NCBI RefSeq assembly: GCF_902459465.1
Contig: NC_047062.1
Coordinates: forward strand, 7,440,001 to 7,504,000
DNA from: Asterias rubens
Lineage: Eukaryota
DNA length: 64,000 nt
Reading direction: 5' to 3'
Position numbers and translations under genes: made by a program. Numbering within the stretch: the first letter of the stretch is position 1; every line of letters begins with the position of its first letter. The notes beneath the pieces were generated by a model. The model saw nothing but the letters and a program-made list of their open reading frames with translations. It made no database searches and was not told the DNA's origin. This document shows positions 13,077-44,090 of the stretch, in pieces.

Positions 13077-13794
13077 CGTGACTCCCTGTATAATTATGTC
13101 AGGTTTCTCATGCCTGTATTTAGCTGACTTCTGTGAGGTTGGAAGGATTATACCAAGATTTTAAGTGTCTTATAAAACAAATCAATTTCAATTATTTTGT
13201 TTGCTGTTGGCCAAAATAGCTTAAAAGGAGCTTGGAATTTGTATTGCAATATTTTGTACTTGATAGAGTCGCAGATCCAATGATTTTGATGTAATCAGTA
13301 AAAATGCTATTTTGTTATTGTGGATATAAGCCTGCAAAAAAGTGAAAACCAACAGTCAATAAAAAATGTATTGTCTCCTGTATTATAAAACTGCTGTTCT
13401 GATGACCTCATCTAAATCACCCTGACAATTTTGCCATATTCGATTCCTTTGGGCATGAGTGCACAAGAGTTAAATTTGCCCTTTAATTTTCCCTTTTTAA
13501 AGTCCACTATGCAGAAATGTCTCCTCCGTGGAGTCCACCATTCTTGATCAGGTTGGTTTTGTAAGAATATTATAACTCGGAGTAATTTGACCTAAATTAG
13601 GAGGATAAATTCAATTGGTGGAATGCAGCAACAAAATTGCCCTAATATTAATTAGAACCAGATACTGGGGTGCTGTATTCCTTTAAAAAAGAAATTGACA
13701 ACTTCGCAGGTCTAGAGTGCTGATTTTTCATCTTTGGTTGACCGAAGCTGTCAAAAAAATTGTTTAAAGGAGTAAAGCTCCCTAGTTACTCGGT

Positions 13795-14020
13795 CTAGTT
13801 GCGATGATCGTAACGAAACCCTCCATCTTTCCGACCGTTGGGAGGATCGAGCTCGAAGTACGCGTATGGGGTTCGTTCCGCTATATCATCTCCACGAAGA
13901 CGATAGCAGAATGAACCTCATCATTCATAGTTCTAGGACTAGGGCTAGCTAGAGTATTAGGACTCTAGGAGTAGAGTAAGAGAGGGAAGATTGATGGAGG
14001 GTTATGATCATCGCAACTAG
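13795..14020. repeat. 226-bp element bounded by about 37-bp inverted repeats
   Basis: CTAGTTGCGATGATCGTAAC..ACCCTCCATCTTTCC pairs with GGGAAGATTGATGGAGGGTTATGATCATCGCAACTAG. Confidence 0.7.
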
Positions 14021-14799
14021 TAAGTAAGAAAAGAAAAGGATCAACCTTGTTCTTGTATGTTTTTGTGAATTGTGTTGTTGTGGTTTTACTTAAATTATTA
14101 GTAAATAATTATCATTTATTTATTATAATGTTGATCTTCAAGATGGGCCGTGCAAACTTCAAGCTTTTGGGAGTGAAATTTGCGTTCGGCAAATTTGCGC
14201 GTGCCGATGAAGTTTGCATGCTTCATTTCGTCAAGCTCGACATGAACTGCACAGCATAAAATTACCCATACTATGGGCCATAGGGTGCCGCGTAATGCAC
14301 GCTTGCTTGCTTGCCCAGTTCCTGCTGGACATCGCCATTTGGACTTTATAGACTTAGTATAACTTTTTAGTTAGTTAAATAAATCACCTCCATGGTTAAA
14401 TAAGTTATTAGTTTCGGTCTTAATATGATTTATTCTATCAAACAACAAAGGGGAGAACCCTTTCAAATTCTCAAGGATTCTTTTTGAAAAAAGTCTGATG
14501 TGGAATATAAAGTTGCAGGAATGGATTCGACCCTGGAGGTTCGACACTGCAAAAGCCAATAACTTTTTATTTTTTTTTACAGCACCAAATTTGCGCAGGA
14601 TTGAAATTTGCGTGGAATATCTGGTGCGCAAGCTTAAACCTGGATGCACAAAAGGGCCACCAAGTTTGCGCGCTCAGAGCGGAGGCTGAAGTTTGCGCGA
14701 GGATTGAAGTTCGCTATATTAATTGCTATAAATAATATAAATTATCATTACCCATAATTAATAAACGAGGTAATACATAACTAAAACAGCAATACTTAC

Positions 14800-15046
14800 C
14801 TATAAGTTTAGCCCAATTATTAATCTTCTATTGCATGGATTGAAAGGGGTTTACCCTTGCCTCACTGCACGAAGTAGCGGAGGTTACACGTTGTGTGTGT
14901 GGTGCACAATCCCAAACTTGTACATTCGCTCGTTCCCCCCATGCCAATTCACTGCGGGATTCTATCATCTGCGAACTCTTGTTAAATTTGTTAGCGCCCT
15001 CTTCTGTTTTCACATTAAATGCAAAAGATGGCCGCTCCAGAAAGAG
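14800..15046. promoter_or_regulatory. Probable divergent promoter region shared by DHX57 and MED6
   Basis: The genes are head-to-head. A YY1-like AAGATGGCCGC overlaps the MED6 start codon. Candidate minus-strand donors for a DHX57 5'UTR exon lie at 14799 (AG|GTAAGT), about 14850 and about 14264; a DHX57 5'UTR acceptor lies near 13170. The exact TSSs cannot be determined from sequence. Confidence 0.5.
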
Positions 15047-18000
15047 GTAAAATTTATTTTCTCCTGAATTGTAGATCGATCTTTAGAGGCTCTACACAAA
15101 CCAGAGGAACCAGTGCTCATTTCATACCTTTGTAGTTCTTTAATTCTAATGTTACCTTTCACATTTATTGCTATTTAGTGTTAATTAAATCAGTGTAGTT
15201 TAGGTATGGACTTTCATTCCAATCCATTGTTATTATTTTGTTTATAAAAATGTTTTGTGTGCGGTTGTTAGCCATTTTGTGACGGTACGTGCAAACTTTG
15301 TCGTTTAACCATAATTCAAACCACTTTTCATAACATAAAATTAAAAAAGACACTGTAAATTAAGAGAATTTACATCCGGAGCAGAGGTTAAAAAGGAAGC
15401 ATTGAAAAGGGGTAATTATTAGAGTTTGAATTTAGTGTTCTTTCTGCTGGAATCCTGGATCCCTTTATAACAAAAATAAGTTTACTTCATTTTGAAGTGA
15501 CTGAGTGATAGGCTACTTTTGTTTAAAGTCTTGGGAAGAATGTCAAGAAGCAGGTATTAATTTCTACAATTTTTTGGCCGCGGGAGGTCAACAGAGATGC
15601 CAAGTCCAGAGGCCAGCTATGCTTGAGATTTTTCACAGCTCACCACCCCCCCCCCCCCCCCCCCCCCGGTCTTCTGGCCCCAATGCGTGAGAAAATGGTT
15701 GCTGTGCGTGTGAGCGTGAGACAGAGCCCAAATGCGTGAGTCTCACGCCTAATGCGTGAGACTTGGTAGGTCTGGGTCAAGGGGTACAATTATGCTAAAT
15801 ATGCAAAGAGGTGGCTAACTTTGTTCATTTGTGGCTCTTTTTGTTTGCAGATAATCCCCTGTTTATGTCATGGTACAACAGTGCCTGGATTCCTCATCTG
15901 AATCGAGCCAATATTATGGACTACTTCGCAGATCGGAGCAACCCATTCTATGACCGCACCTGTAACAATGAGATTATTAAGATGCAGAGAGTCAATCCGG
16001 AACAACTCAAGTAAGATATAAATCAACTCCACTTTGTCTGTCTTATATTGCAATAATTTCTCCTTCTCAATTCTATATTGAAAAGTTACATTATTTATAT
16101 TTCTGGCTGAAGTGCAATCTTGAAGGAAACTGTTTGTTAGGAGTTAATCTCATTTCTCTTGGAAGAAAAGCTGTCAATATCATATAATACAAAAACTTTC
16201 ACTGCATGTGGTGTTTCTGGTTCACATAGGATGATAGCAAGTACCCTTGTTTTCAGGTTTCCTCAGGCTTGAGAGCTACACTACAGTGAATAACTTAAAG
16301 AAACTGGACACTATTGGTAGTTGTCAAAGAACAGTCTTCTCACTTGGTATTTCTCAAAATATGCATAAAATAACAAACCTGTGAAAATTTGAGCTCAGTT
16401 GTTCGTCGAAGTTGCGATATAATATGGAAAAAACACCCTTGTCACTCGAAGTTGTGTGCTTTCAGATGCTTGATTTCGAGACTTCAAAATTTAATTCGGA
16501 GGTCTCAAAAGCAAATTTGTGGAAAATTACTTCTTTCTCAAAAACTACGTTACTTCAGAGGGAGCTGTTTCTCACAGTGTTTTAAACTATCAACAGCTCC
16601 CATTACTCATTACCAAGTAAGGTCTCATGTTAATAATTATTTTGAGTAATTACCAATAGTGTCCACTGCCTTTAAGTTTACTTAGGAGGCATCCTTGGTT
16701 TCTTTACCAGGAATATATAAGAATAGTAATAGCAGTTTGTCTCAAAAACACGAACACCAGTATACACATATTGACTGGCAACGAGGTAACTAGTGTACGT
16801 CTATTCCCACAAGGGACTTTGAGTGACCAGAAGAGCGACCTATTTCCCGAGGCCGAAGGCAGAGGGAAATAGGCCCCTCTTCTGGTCACTCATAGGCCCG
16901 AGGGGGAATAGACGTACACTAGTATACCGAATTATGCCAGTCAATATGTGTTTTATAACACAGCTCGGTCGTAAATGTCAAATAAGAACAGAAAAAGGAG
17001 TTTCGTAGTTGTTGTTCACTGTTCAAGTCAAGAGAGGGCGCTGTTACAGCGGGCACTATATTCAAAGACTATTGCCCGCTCTGGTACTATTCCCGCAAAA
17101 CACGCACGCGCGATCACTAGCCTATATGAGTTCATCCCACGAGACCGTGTTTCAGCCAACCAGAATACAGAACAAGCAAGAGGTGTGTTATAATTGTGAA
17201 TATTTTATCCCAGGCAATCTTAGCATATGATTCTTGAAAACCGGGAACATTAAGAAGTATGTACTCATCCTGAGTGATACTCTTCCAAAACCAACGCATT
17301 TTTCCTTTTATCGGAAGGTCAATGACCGGTCTTGAGTATGAGTTACTTCATGTGCAAGAACCAATCCTCTATGTCATACGAAAACAACATCGTCACACAG
17401 TGGAACACACCACACCACTTGCCAACTTCTACATCATTGCAGGCACAGTCTACCAAGCGCCAGACCTGTGCTCTGTGCTCAACTCTAGAATGGTAAGGAA
17501 CTTCAATCACAAATTTGAAATTACTAATTGGTCATTTTTATAACTTAGTGCAATTGTGTATGTAGTTGCATTATTTTTGTTTTTCAGGTTGATTTTAACC
17601 TACTCCCAATTCCTTCTATATCCTCTTTGCCATAATGAAGGATTTTAGAAGGACTTAGGGTTGTAGGCCCAAATGACAATTGTTTTAAACTGGGGAAGGT
17701 AATCCAGTCTTATCCAAGTCTCGTTCAAATTTACATGTGTCTCACCAAAGTTGTCATGTCAGCTTTGATTTGCCATAATGGTAACATGCCGGACATCTAA
17801 TGAGTAATTCACAGCAGTTTACAACTTTTTGAAACTTATTTTCATAAGAAAATCTTTTCCAAAACTCTGAACTTACTTCTAATTGTCAACTTCATAAATC
17901 TCCTTTTATAAGTACTAAATTATCATTCAGTTGACAGGCGTGCACCACATTGAGTCAGCGTTTGAAGAAGCTCAATCGTTCTCTCGTTATAATCCCAGTA

Positions 18001-19901
18001 AGGGATACTGGTGGGAGTTCAACAATAAAGACCAAGAACAATCCGGTAAGGAACTAATCTATCTGCCTTTTCTGACTGGTTTCCAACAAAATTTGATCAG
18101 TAAATTTATGAATTAATTTGTGATATTTTCTGCTTAGCAACTGCCTGATACTGGGAGCCCATGTCCTTTAAACAGATTTCAGACATTGAAGTGAAGAGTT
18201 GCTTACAGTGTCTGCTCTGATTAGTGTCTGCATGGAATTTTTGCCATATAGACTGGAAATTTATTGTAATTTTAATAGATGTTAACTTCAGGGATAACGA
18301 ATATGGTTTGTTTTTACCTATACACCAATGTACTTTCCCGAGTTCTGTGAAAGACAAATCCATAGGCAAGTCACTCGGGTGGGATTTGAACTCACGACCT
18401 TCGCATGTGAAATTAGCATTCAAACCGCCTTTAGCCAGTCATGTGATTAGACATCTGCTCTACCAATGCAACGGTTGTGGGTTGAGGATTTGTTTTTCCC
18501 AGACCTCTGGAAAGTACTGGATATGCAGTGCTTTTAAACACTGATTAAAATCAGTGGTCGAAATTGCCACTAGCCTGCTAGCCCGCGACTACCATATTTA
18601 CAGCCGGGCTACTGATTTTTCCAGTTTGATAGCCTGATGGGCTAGTGGAAAAACAATGCAAAAATCATCATCACAAACAATAATGAACTGTGCTATGGTG
18701 TATTGTAATGTGTCTTTCGGGCTACCAAAATCTCATCAGGGCTACTAAAAATTCTTGGTCACTAGCCCTGCTGACTACCCTGAAAATACACTTAATTTTG
18801 ACCCCTGTAATAATACACATCGATGTGAGGTTAAAATCAAATGATATTTTATTGTAAAAAGAACCTTTGCAATTGCTCTGAGAGTTGATTTCATTTCTGC
18901 CTTTTTCAGAAGAGAATAAGAAGAAGAAGAAGAAGGATGATGCTCCTAGCTCGATGTTCCAGAGGCAGAGAGTGGATGACCTTCTCCTGGAGCTGGCTCG
19001 GAAATTTCCTCCAAAAGTCATCCAGGTTGTTCTTGCCTTCCTGTTTTTATTTTGCACTAGAAATGTCCGGTTTCAAGTAGCTCTGATCACCACATTTTGT
19101 GTGTGGAATTTCTTGTTTTTTTACGCACCAAGAAGTTTGCTAAGCAGTATTTTCTGCTAAATAGCTTTATGAAATTGGGCCTAGAGATTTTATATGGATG
19201 TTCAATTTACTGAGATCATGAATTTCGCATCTTCATTTTTGTTTTTGTTATTTGTTTAGTGCCTTTAAAGGGGGGAAGTCCCTATCACTGAATGAGAACA
19301 AACAGAAAGTGGTACAATTGCGGACAAGACTTGAACACGTTAACAAATTCTTAAGAGTTTTGAATTCAGTTGCCTTAGTGAAGTTGACGTGTGGTAACTT
19401 GAACTAAACAAGTGATAACCACTTCACTTCAGTATGATTACAAATTACGTGTCCATGGGCAGTTATATTCTTCTGCTATTTTTGCGCTTCTGGAGTGATC
19501 GTTTTCCCAGAGGCAATCCAAAATTGTTTAGGGAGTTAAAAAAAGTCCACAGATGGCTAGGCCAGACAAAAAAATTGGCATAGAAAAAGTCATCTGACAT
19601 GAAGTGGTGTTAAGATAGTAGCCTTGTGATCTACTTGAAGTAAGTAATGAGAATATTGCCTTTCCAACAGACCAAACCTGGTGACAAACCTGTACCGGTG
19701 GAAACAGAGCAGAACGTCAGTAATACTGTCATCATTAAGGAAGAGCCTAAAGATGAACCAGGACAGCAACCACAACAACTGCAGCAAGTCAACAGCAACA
19801 CCGGCCAACCTGCAGGTGCTGTTGCTGCCCCAAATTCTGGCGCCTTTTTCTCTGGTGGTATGAAAGTGCCCATTGTCAAGAAGAGAAAGTTAGGAAAATG
19901 A
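15028..19901 (+). CDS. MED6: Mediator of RNA polymerase II transcription subunit 6 (complete, about 271 aa)
   Basis: Phase-consistent exons 15028-15046 (MAAPER+G), 15851-16010, 17318-17492, 17931-18045, 18910-19025, 19671-19901, totalling 816 nt including the stop. Hallmark MED6 sequences: [70 protein letters not shown]. An in-frame upstream ATG lies at 15019. Confidence 0.95.
15607..15774. mobile_element. hAT-like MITE remnant with (aatgcgtgag) repeats
   Basis: Right end cttggtaggtctg; repeated aatgcgtgag/ctcacgc subterminal motifs. Confidence 0.4.
16299..16671. mobile_element. Kolobok-type MITE, family A
   Basis: TTAA flanks on both sides; TIR core GGACACTATTGGTAATT. Confidence 0.85.
16755..17200. 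mobile_element. Foldback repeat in MED6 intron 2
   Basis: About 90-bp inverted arms (cacatattgactggca...actagtgtacgtctattccc...gagtgaccagaagag) around a central GAGGCCGAAGGC, plus TTATAACAC/GTGTTATAA inverted ends at about 16956 and 17193. Confidence 0.65.
18552..18807. mobile_element. hAT-like MITE
   Basis: CAGTGGTCGAAATT...AATTTTGACCCCTG termini with internal ctagccc/gggctag subterminal repeats; no clear 8-bp TSD. Confidence 0.55.
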
Positions 19902-20026
19902 GGGTATTGTGATGGAAGTAGACGTCTTTGAGGAAAATTGACTGAAGGTCCTTACTCGAGAGTTGGTCTTGGTGAACGAACTTAAAACCAGCCAACCATG
20001 TCAGCCGATTGGTCTCCACTTTGAGC

Positions 20027-20336
20027 AATAAAGATATGCTACAAGTGCCTCAGCCGATGTTTTGTTCAGGTGGAGATGCTCCTGTGCAAGCGTACCCTAA
20101 ACAAGAGAGACACTAGCCGACTGTCACTGGATAGATCAGACGCCATCTGATATTGCTTAATGGAAAGTGAAGGAATTCGGAAGAGCTCCTTTTTGTAGGT
20201 TCATCACTGTCTGTGGAAAAAAAGACCCTGCCCGTCTTTGATTCAGAGCAATATAACCGAGATGAAGCAGAAAGGGGAATTGGTCGGGCTCCCCAATGAT
20301 GTCAAACTTTAAAAGAGATTGAATTGAACAAATAAA
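20027..20336 (+). promoter_or_regulatory. Candidate MED6 polyadenylation signals
   Basis: AATAAA at 20027-20032 and 20331-20336, downstream of the MED6 stop at 19901. Confidence 0.35.
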
Positions 20337-21604
20337 GGAGAAGTTTCCATTTCTTGCCACTTGAGTAAATTGAAAACTAATTTATTTCATAGCGAATGAA
20401 AAAGTAGTGGCAGTAAACACGCAATGTTGGTATCAACTGGTGTCCTAATTACCTTCCTTGTTCTGTTGGAGAAGTATGCAAACAAACTTAAACAAGGTGG
20501 CAACTTTCAACGATCTTCTCACTAGCCCTCCAACTTCTCGGTTGCAAAATGAAGTCTGCGGTGAACATTTTAAACTGATTCGATCTGGTGGGAAAATATT
20601 TCGTCGGGAGAGAATAGCGTGCCTCCGGGCCCATTCACTGAAAACACTGGCCACTATGATCCCTTCCTCAAATTGAATTCAAACCCACTGAAGTGTTACT
20701 GTAGATAGCTTGTGTTTCTACCGCTGGCAGCAAAGGCATTAGGGCATAAGGCATTGAGAAATAAAGTTCCTTTTATCATCCAATAATAACTGATAAGATG
20801 CCTTTGTCAGCGAACAGTTTGTGCATAATTCCACGAAACAAATTGTTCATGTTCAACCATGAGGGTAGACCTCACAAATTGAGACGCCAATTGGGGGGGG
20901 GGGGTCCGAGACAAACTGGAAGAGTTGTTTTACTCGGTACCACGATATGGGCTGCTTCTAATTATTTTGCAAAATTAATGTAGATGTTGTGGTCAAAACT
21001 TCGCCGAGTTTGGAGTTGGTTTCAGGTTCGAATCCATCGGCCTGTAAATGTCAACCAAAATAATTAAGAAAAGAAATGAAAAGAATTTCATCCCGGTTTC
21101 ACATTCGCCCCCCCCCCCCCCCCCCGAACCTCACAACTATGGGATAAATGCACCAGTGGATACATGTTCATTCTCTTAAAAATGATTTAATCTGACAAAA
21201 TACCCAACAAAATTGTCACCAAAAAAATAAGTTGGTCCCCTTATCTTCTATACATAATTGACACTTTAAATCAGTTGATAATTGTCAAAAAATCGTCTTC
21301 ACCTTTTGTAAACAAGGAATTTATATTGAGTTGCATGTGTTTATTATATACCAGTACAATAAAAATAAAATCTGAAAGATTCTCACATACCATAATAACT
21401 TACATTCAAAGTTAAAAACCTGAAAGCATGGGAATGTTGATCCATATAAACATAAATGTATGCGTACATGAACAATAAATATTGTAATAAGGCATAACTT
21501 GGTCTCACCATTTTTATAAATGTTCCAGGAATGTAAAATAAAGTTCAAATCCAAGCTGAACGTCTTGGGTTGATTCTACATGTATGATTATACTGCTACT
21601 TTAA

Positions 21605-21994
21605 AGAAACATGTTGCCTGGGATCGGTCGAGTTGGTCTTTGAAAAGCGTTTGTAATCAGTTGTTATAAAATGCATATGTGAAGAAAGATGTTGTTAAAG
21701 TAGAATACAATGATCCACACAAACATGCCTCGAAATTGCACGGTTTTCCTTTTACCTCGTCGACTAACACGGTCTGTGTTAGTTCGTCTGTGTTAGTTCG
21801 TGTTAGGTCTGTGCGAACTAACTGTGTTAGTTCGCACAGTAAAAGGAAAACCACGCAATTTCGAGGCAAATGTGTGTGGATCATTGTATTCTACTTATAA
21901 AACATCTTTCGATCCAACCATATGCATTTTATAAAAAAAGGTTACAAACGCTTTTTATAGACCAACTCGTCTGATCCAGAAACAACGTGTTCCT
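21605..21994. mobile_element. Kolobok-type MITE, family B (copy 2)
   Basis: Same TIRs, TTAA flanks and body as 390-754, with a short internal GTGTTAGTTCG expansion. Confidence 0.8.
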
Positions 21995-22892
21995 TTAACT
22001 GAACTGTTCATCTGCTGGTTTTTTTTGTTTTTTGTTTGTTTGTTCGTTTATTTCCAAATATCACAATATATATTTAAACATCATGCGTTGGGAACAATGG
22101 GTGATAAGTGGAGGGCACCATTTCACATCATGTTTTGGTGAAGACATTGAAGATTTACATGTACACAGTACACCACTTGCTTCATGTTATAACCCACGTT
22201 GGTTTCTGTTATAATTCATTTTATTTATTTATTTATATTTTTTATTTTATGTGTTTATTTTGTCAATACTACTGGCCAGAGACTGTCAATATTTAAATGA
22301 ACTGTAATTTCAGACATAATTCTTTGCCAAAATGCCATAATAGCAGACAATAATACTTGGTTGGTTGCCGAACCTACCCAAACCCAATCAATCTTTCCAC
22401 TAACGGGGTGTTCACCACATACCTTTGGATAAACCGACTTTCAAAAATGATAAATAGTTCATGAAAAATAGCCTCTCTTCCTTACCCTAATCCTACAAAG
22501 TCCTTAAATTTACAGCTGAAAACCAGAACCTTTGCCACCTGATGGTAAAGCATGGTTGGTTTGGGAATTGAATGATTGAATTCAAAGTCGGAGACAGAAC
22601 TTTGAAGGATTAACAACAAACAACCAAATCTGACAGAGACTTATTTGTAAAGCACCACGCCTAACCAAGGGAACTTCCTGCCAAAACTCAAAACTGGGAC
22701 CATTAGTTCATCAAATGGATAAATATAGGGGTTTGCAAATCACACATAATGAGAACATTAAAAGAATATGTTCCAAATATATAAGGTTTAAGGCATCACA
22801 TCACATGAATATCATGGCTGATGTTTTAGTCATATTCATAATTAATGTAATTTCACTGTCCTCGAGAGCATTGGATGTCTCGGGTCACACTT

Positions 22893-41895
<19,003 letters not shown>

Positions 41896-42339
41896 GGTGG
41901 AGCAGGTTGTTTTCAACAAAAGAATTCTAATTAGTTGTCAGTGTTGCAATTTACCTTAAGGAAAGAATAACAGAATGACGTACAATCAGAGGTTGTAAAA
42001 CAGATCTTTAGAACAGATTGATGGTTTCCTCAATCAAATAAAGCATGGCTTCCACTCAAAACAAAGAGGGGAATAGTTCTCATATTAGCTCAGATTTCAA
42101 TCTTTGCTAGTCTAGCTTAGACTAGAGAGATCGTTGGGAAAAATGTTACAACCTCGCCACCAATCTCTGGCCTTTTTTTTCTGGATGTATATAATGCGGT
42201 AACATTTCTTCGCAGTAAGAAAAAAATTCAGTGGTTTTGGAGTTAATTAAGGGCGGGCAAATTGGTGGCGACGTGCAGAAAATTATCCATCTCCTGCCAC
42301 ACCAGCACAGTTTACACGGCCCAAAAAAATAACACACAA

Positions 42340-43246
42340 AATAAGACATGCAGAAGAAAGCCGTTAGAATTATTACAAAAGCCAATTATCTTTCTCATTC
42401 AGCTCCTATATTTGCCGAACTTAAAGTGCTCAAATTTAATGACCTGTATCGTCTGAACTTGGGTAAATTCATGTTCAAGAACAAATACCGCCTGTTACCT
42501 AATAGCTTCAATGAAATGTTTACTTTAGCTTCATCAATACATTCCTATGGTACTCGTAAAGCATTGAAGGGGGATCTGTATGTCAATCACAATAGAACTT
42601 CAATTCATAAAAATAGCGTTGTGCAACGAGGAGTAGAATATTGGAATAGTCTTCCCATACATTTTAAGCAACCTTCTACAATCAGTACATTTTCAAGAAA
42701 ACTTAAACACTACTTGCTAGATACTTATCTGTAATGCCATCAAACTCTAATGGTGTTCTTTTTAATCGTTTGCTTTGTTTGGTCTCAGCTGTCAGCTTGT
42801 GTATACCTGTGTGTCTGTGTCTCTCAAATAGGGAATACTTTGGTACACTATTAGTAATCGGCGTCTTACTTCACGAAAGCATATTCTTTATAACCCTATA
42901 ATTCATGACTTTAATAGTACGAGTCCATTTAATGATGACTCGCCTTTGTGTTGTTTGTAGGCCTACACCTATCGTCTGACCATGTTGTCCCTTGTCTTTG
43001 TCTTTGTTTGTGTTCCTTAGTATCATGTTTGTCTGTCAATAGGTTAGGGCACAAAAGCATTTTGCTTAACCTTACACCTAAATGTTGTCTTTAAATTACT
43101 ACTTGTTTATTTATTTATTTTTTTGAAGTATTGTGTACCTAATCATACCTCATACTATATTGCTTGTTTTAATTTTGACATAAATGTACGCTATTGTATT
43201 ATTGTTTTGTATGACAGCATTGAAATAAATGTACTGAATAATAAAA
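42340..43246 (+). mobile_element. 5'-truncated CR1-group LINE (ORF2 C-terminus plus 3'UTR), in the putative ABCC10 5'UTR intron, antisense to ABCC10
   Basis: ORF 42348-42734: QKKAVRIIT...HSAPIFAELKVLKFNDL...HSYGTR...WNSLP...FSRKLK, the typical CR1/L2/Crack ORF2 end. A roughly 500-bp 3'UTR follows, ending aataaatgtactgaataataaaaa. Confidence 0.85.
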
Positions 43247-43407
43247 AGCGCATGCATGACACGGGGGAGGCTGGTTTTGTAGTTGGACGTCTCTGCGTTT
43301 TGAATGGTCAGTCATAAACAATCAGACAACCAAAGCAGATGGTTGCAAATGGCTGAATAAAATCCGTATCAATATGGCAAGAAATGTCAAATGCGCCCCT
43401 TTGTTTG

Positions 43408-43442
43408 TATGTTTGTTGTTGTTGTTGTTGTTGTTGTTGTTT
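43408..43442. repeat. (TTG)n microsatellite
   Basis: A run of ttg repeats. Confidence 0.85.
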
Positions 43443-43582
43443 GTCGAGTTCAGAATCAGATGACTTCAGTTCAGTAAAATCTTTCAAACATTTATATTTA
43501 CACTCAAAAATCTAAAGGAGATAAACCTGTAGCATCCCAAGCTCTGTCAGGAAAAGTAGGAGCTAGGCTTACGTAACTTTAC

Positions 43583-43730
43583 CTTTATTTATAGAAAACG
43601 TCCGTACTTCCGTCTAGATTATCACCCTGCTGTCTGGGTGACAGCTTCTCGTCTCTCATTGTGAAGCAGCGCCCTCTGTAGTCAGATACCGATCCATGTC
43701 CGTGGGGTGTGGGGGGCGGGGCGCCGTACA
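43583..43730 (-). promoter_or_regulatory. Candidate ABCC10 promoter and non-coding first exon
   Basis: Minus-strand donor AAAG|GTAAAG at 43582, ETS-type CGGAAGT (43606-43612), GC boxes (43711-43725) and a CTCF-like CAGCGCCCTCTGTAG (43667-43681). A matching acceptor at 41955 lies just upstream of the ATG exon. Confidence 0.5.
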
Positions 43731-43823
43731 TTATTGTCCCATCTACTATTTGCATCTACAAGCCTTCATACCAGATTATGACATTGTCGACATCATACCG
43801 TAGACACACTGCTTTGTGTTTAA

Positions 43824-44090
43824 AGGCACTTGACACTGTTGTTTTTGTTAGATACGGAGAGCTAGGCTGTTGATATTATAAAACATTGTGATAAACGTCT
43901 CCCTCTGAAAGTATGAAAGAAATTAAGGGGTAATTTCTCACTCAAACAATAAAACTACTTCAGCATTGTGCATGCAACAAGCTTAGGATGTTTTTCCTTC
44001 ATTATTTTCGTACAACTTCGATGACTTTGTCAAAATTTCACAATAGTTGGGTATTGTATGCATACAAACATTAGGATACACTTTAGTGGG
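43824..44090. mobile_element. Degenerate family A MITE
   Basis: TTAAAGGCACTTGACACT start, followed by a diverged body (aaaacattgtgataaacgtctccctctgaa). Confidence 0.55.

Noticed and set aside
41896-41919. TTG-initiated N-terminal extension of ABCC10 (and similar non-ATG starts in the ORF track, e.g. 54102)
   Set aside because: The ORF track uses alternative starts. The ATGs at 41895 and 54147 have strong Kozak contexts.
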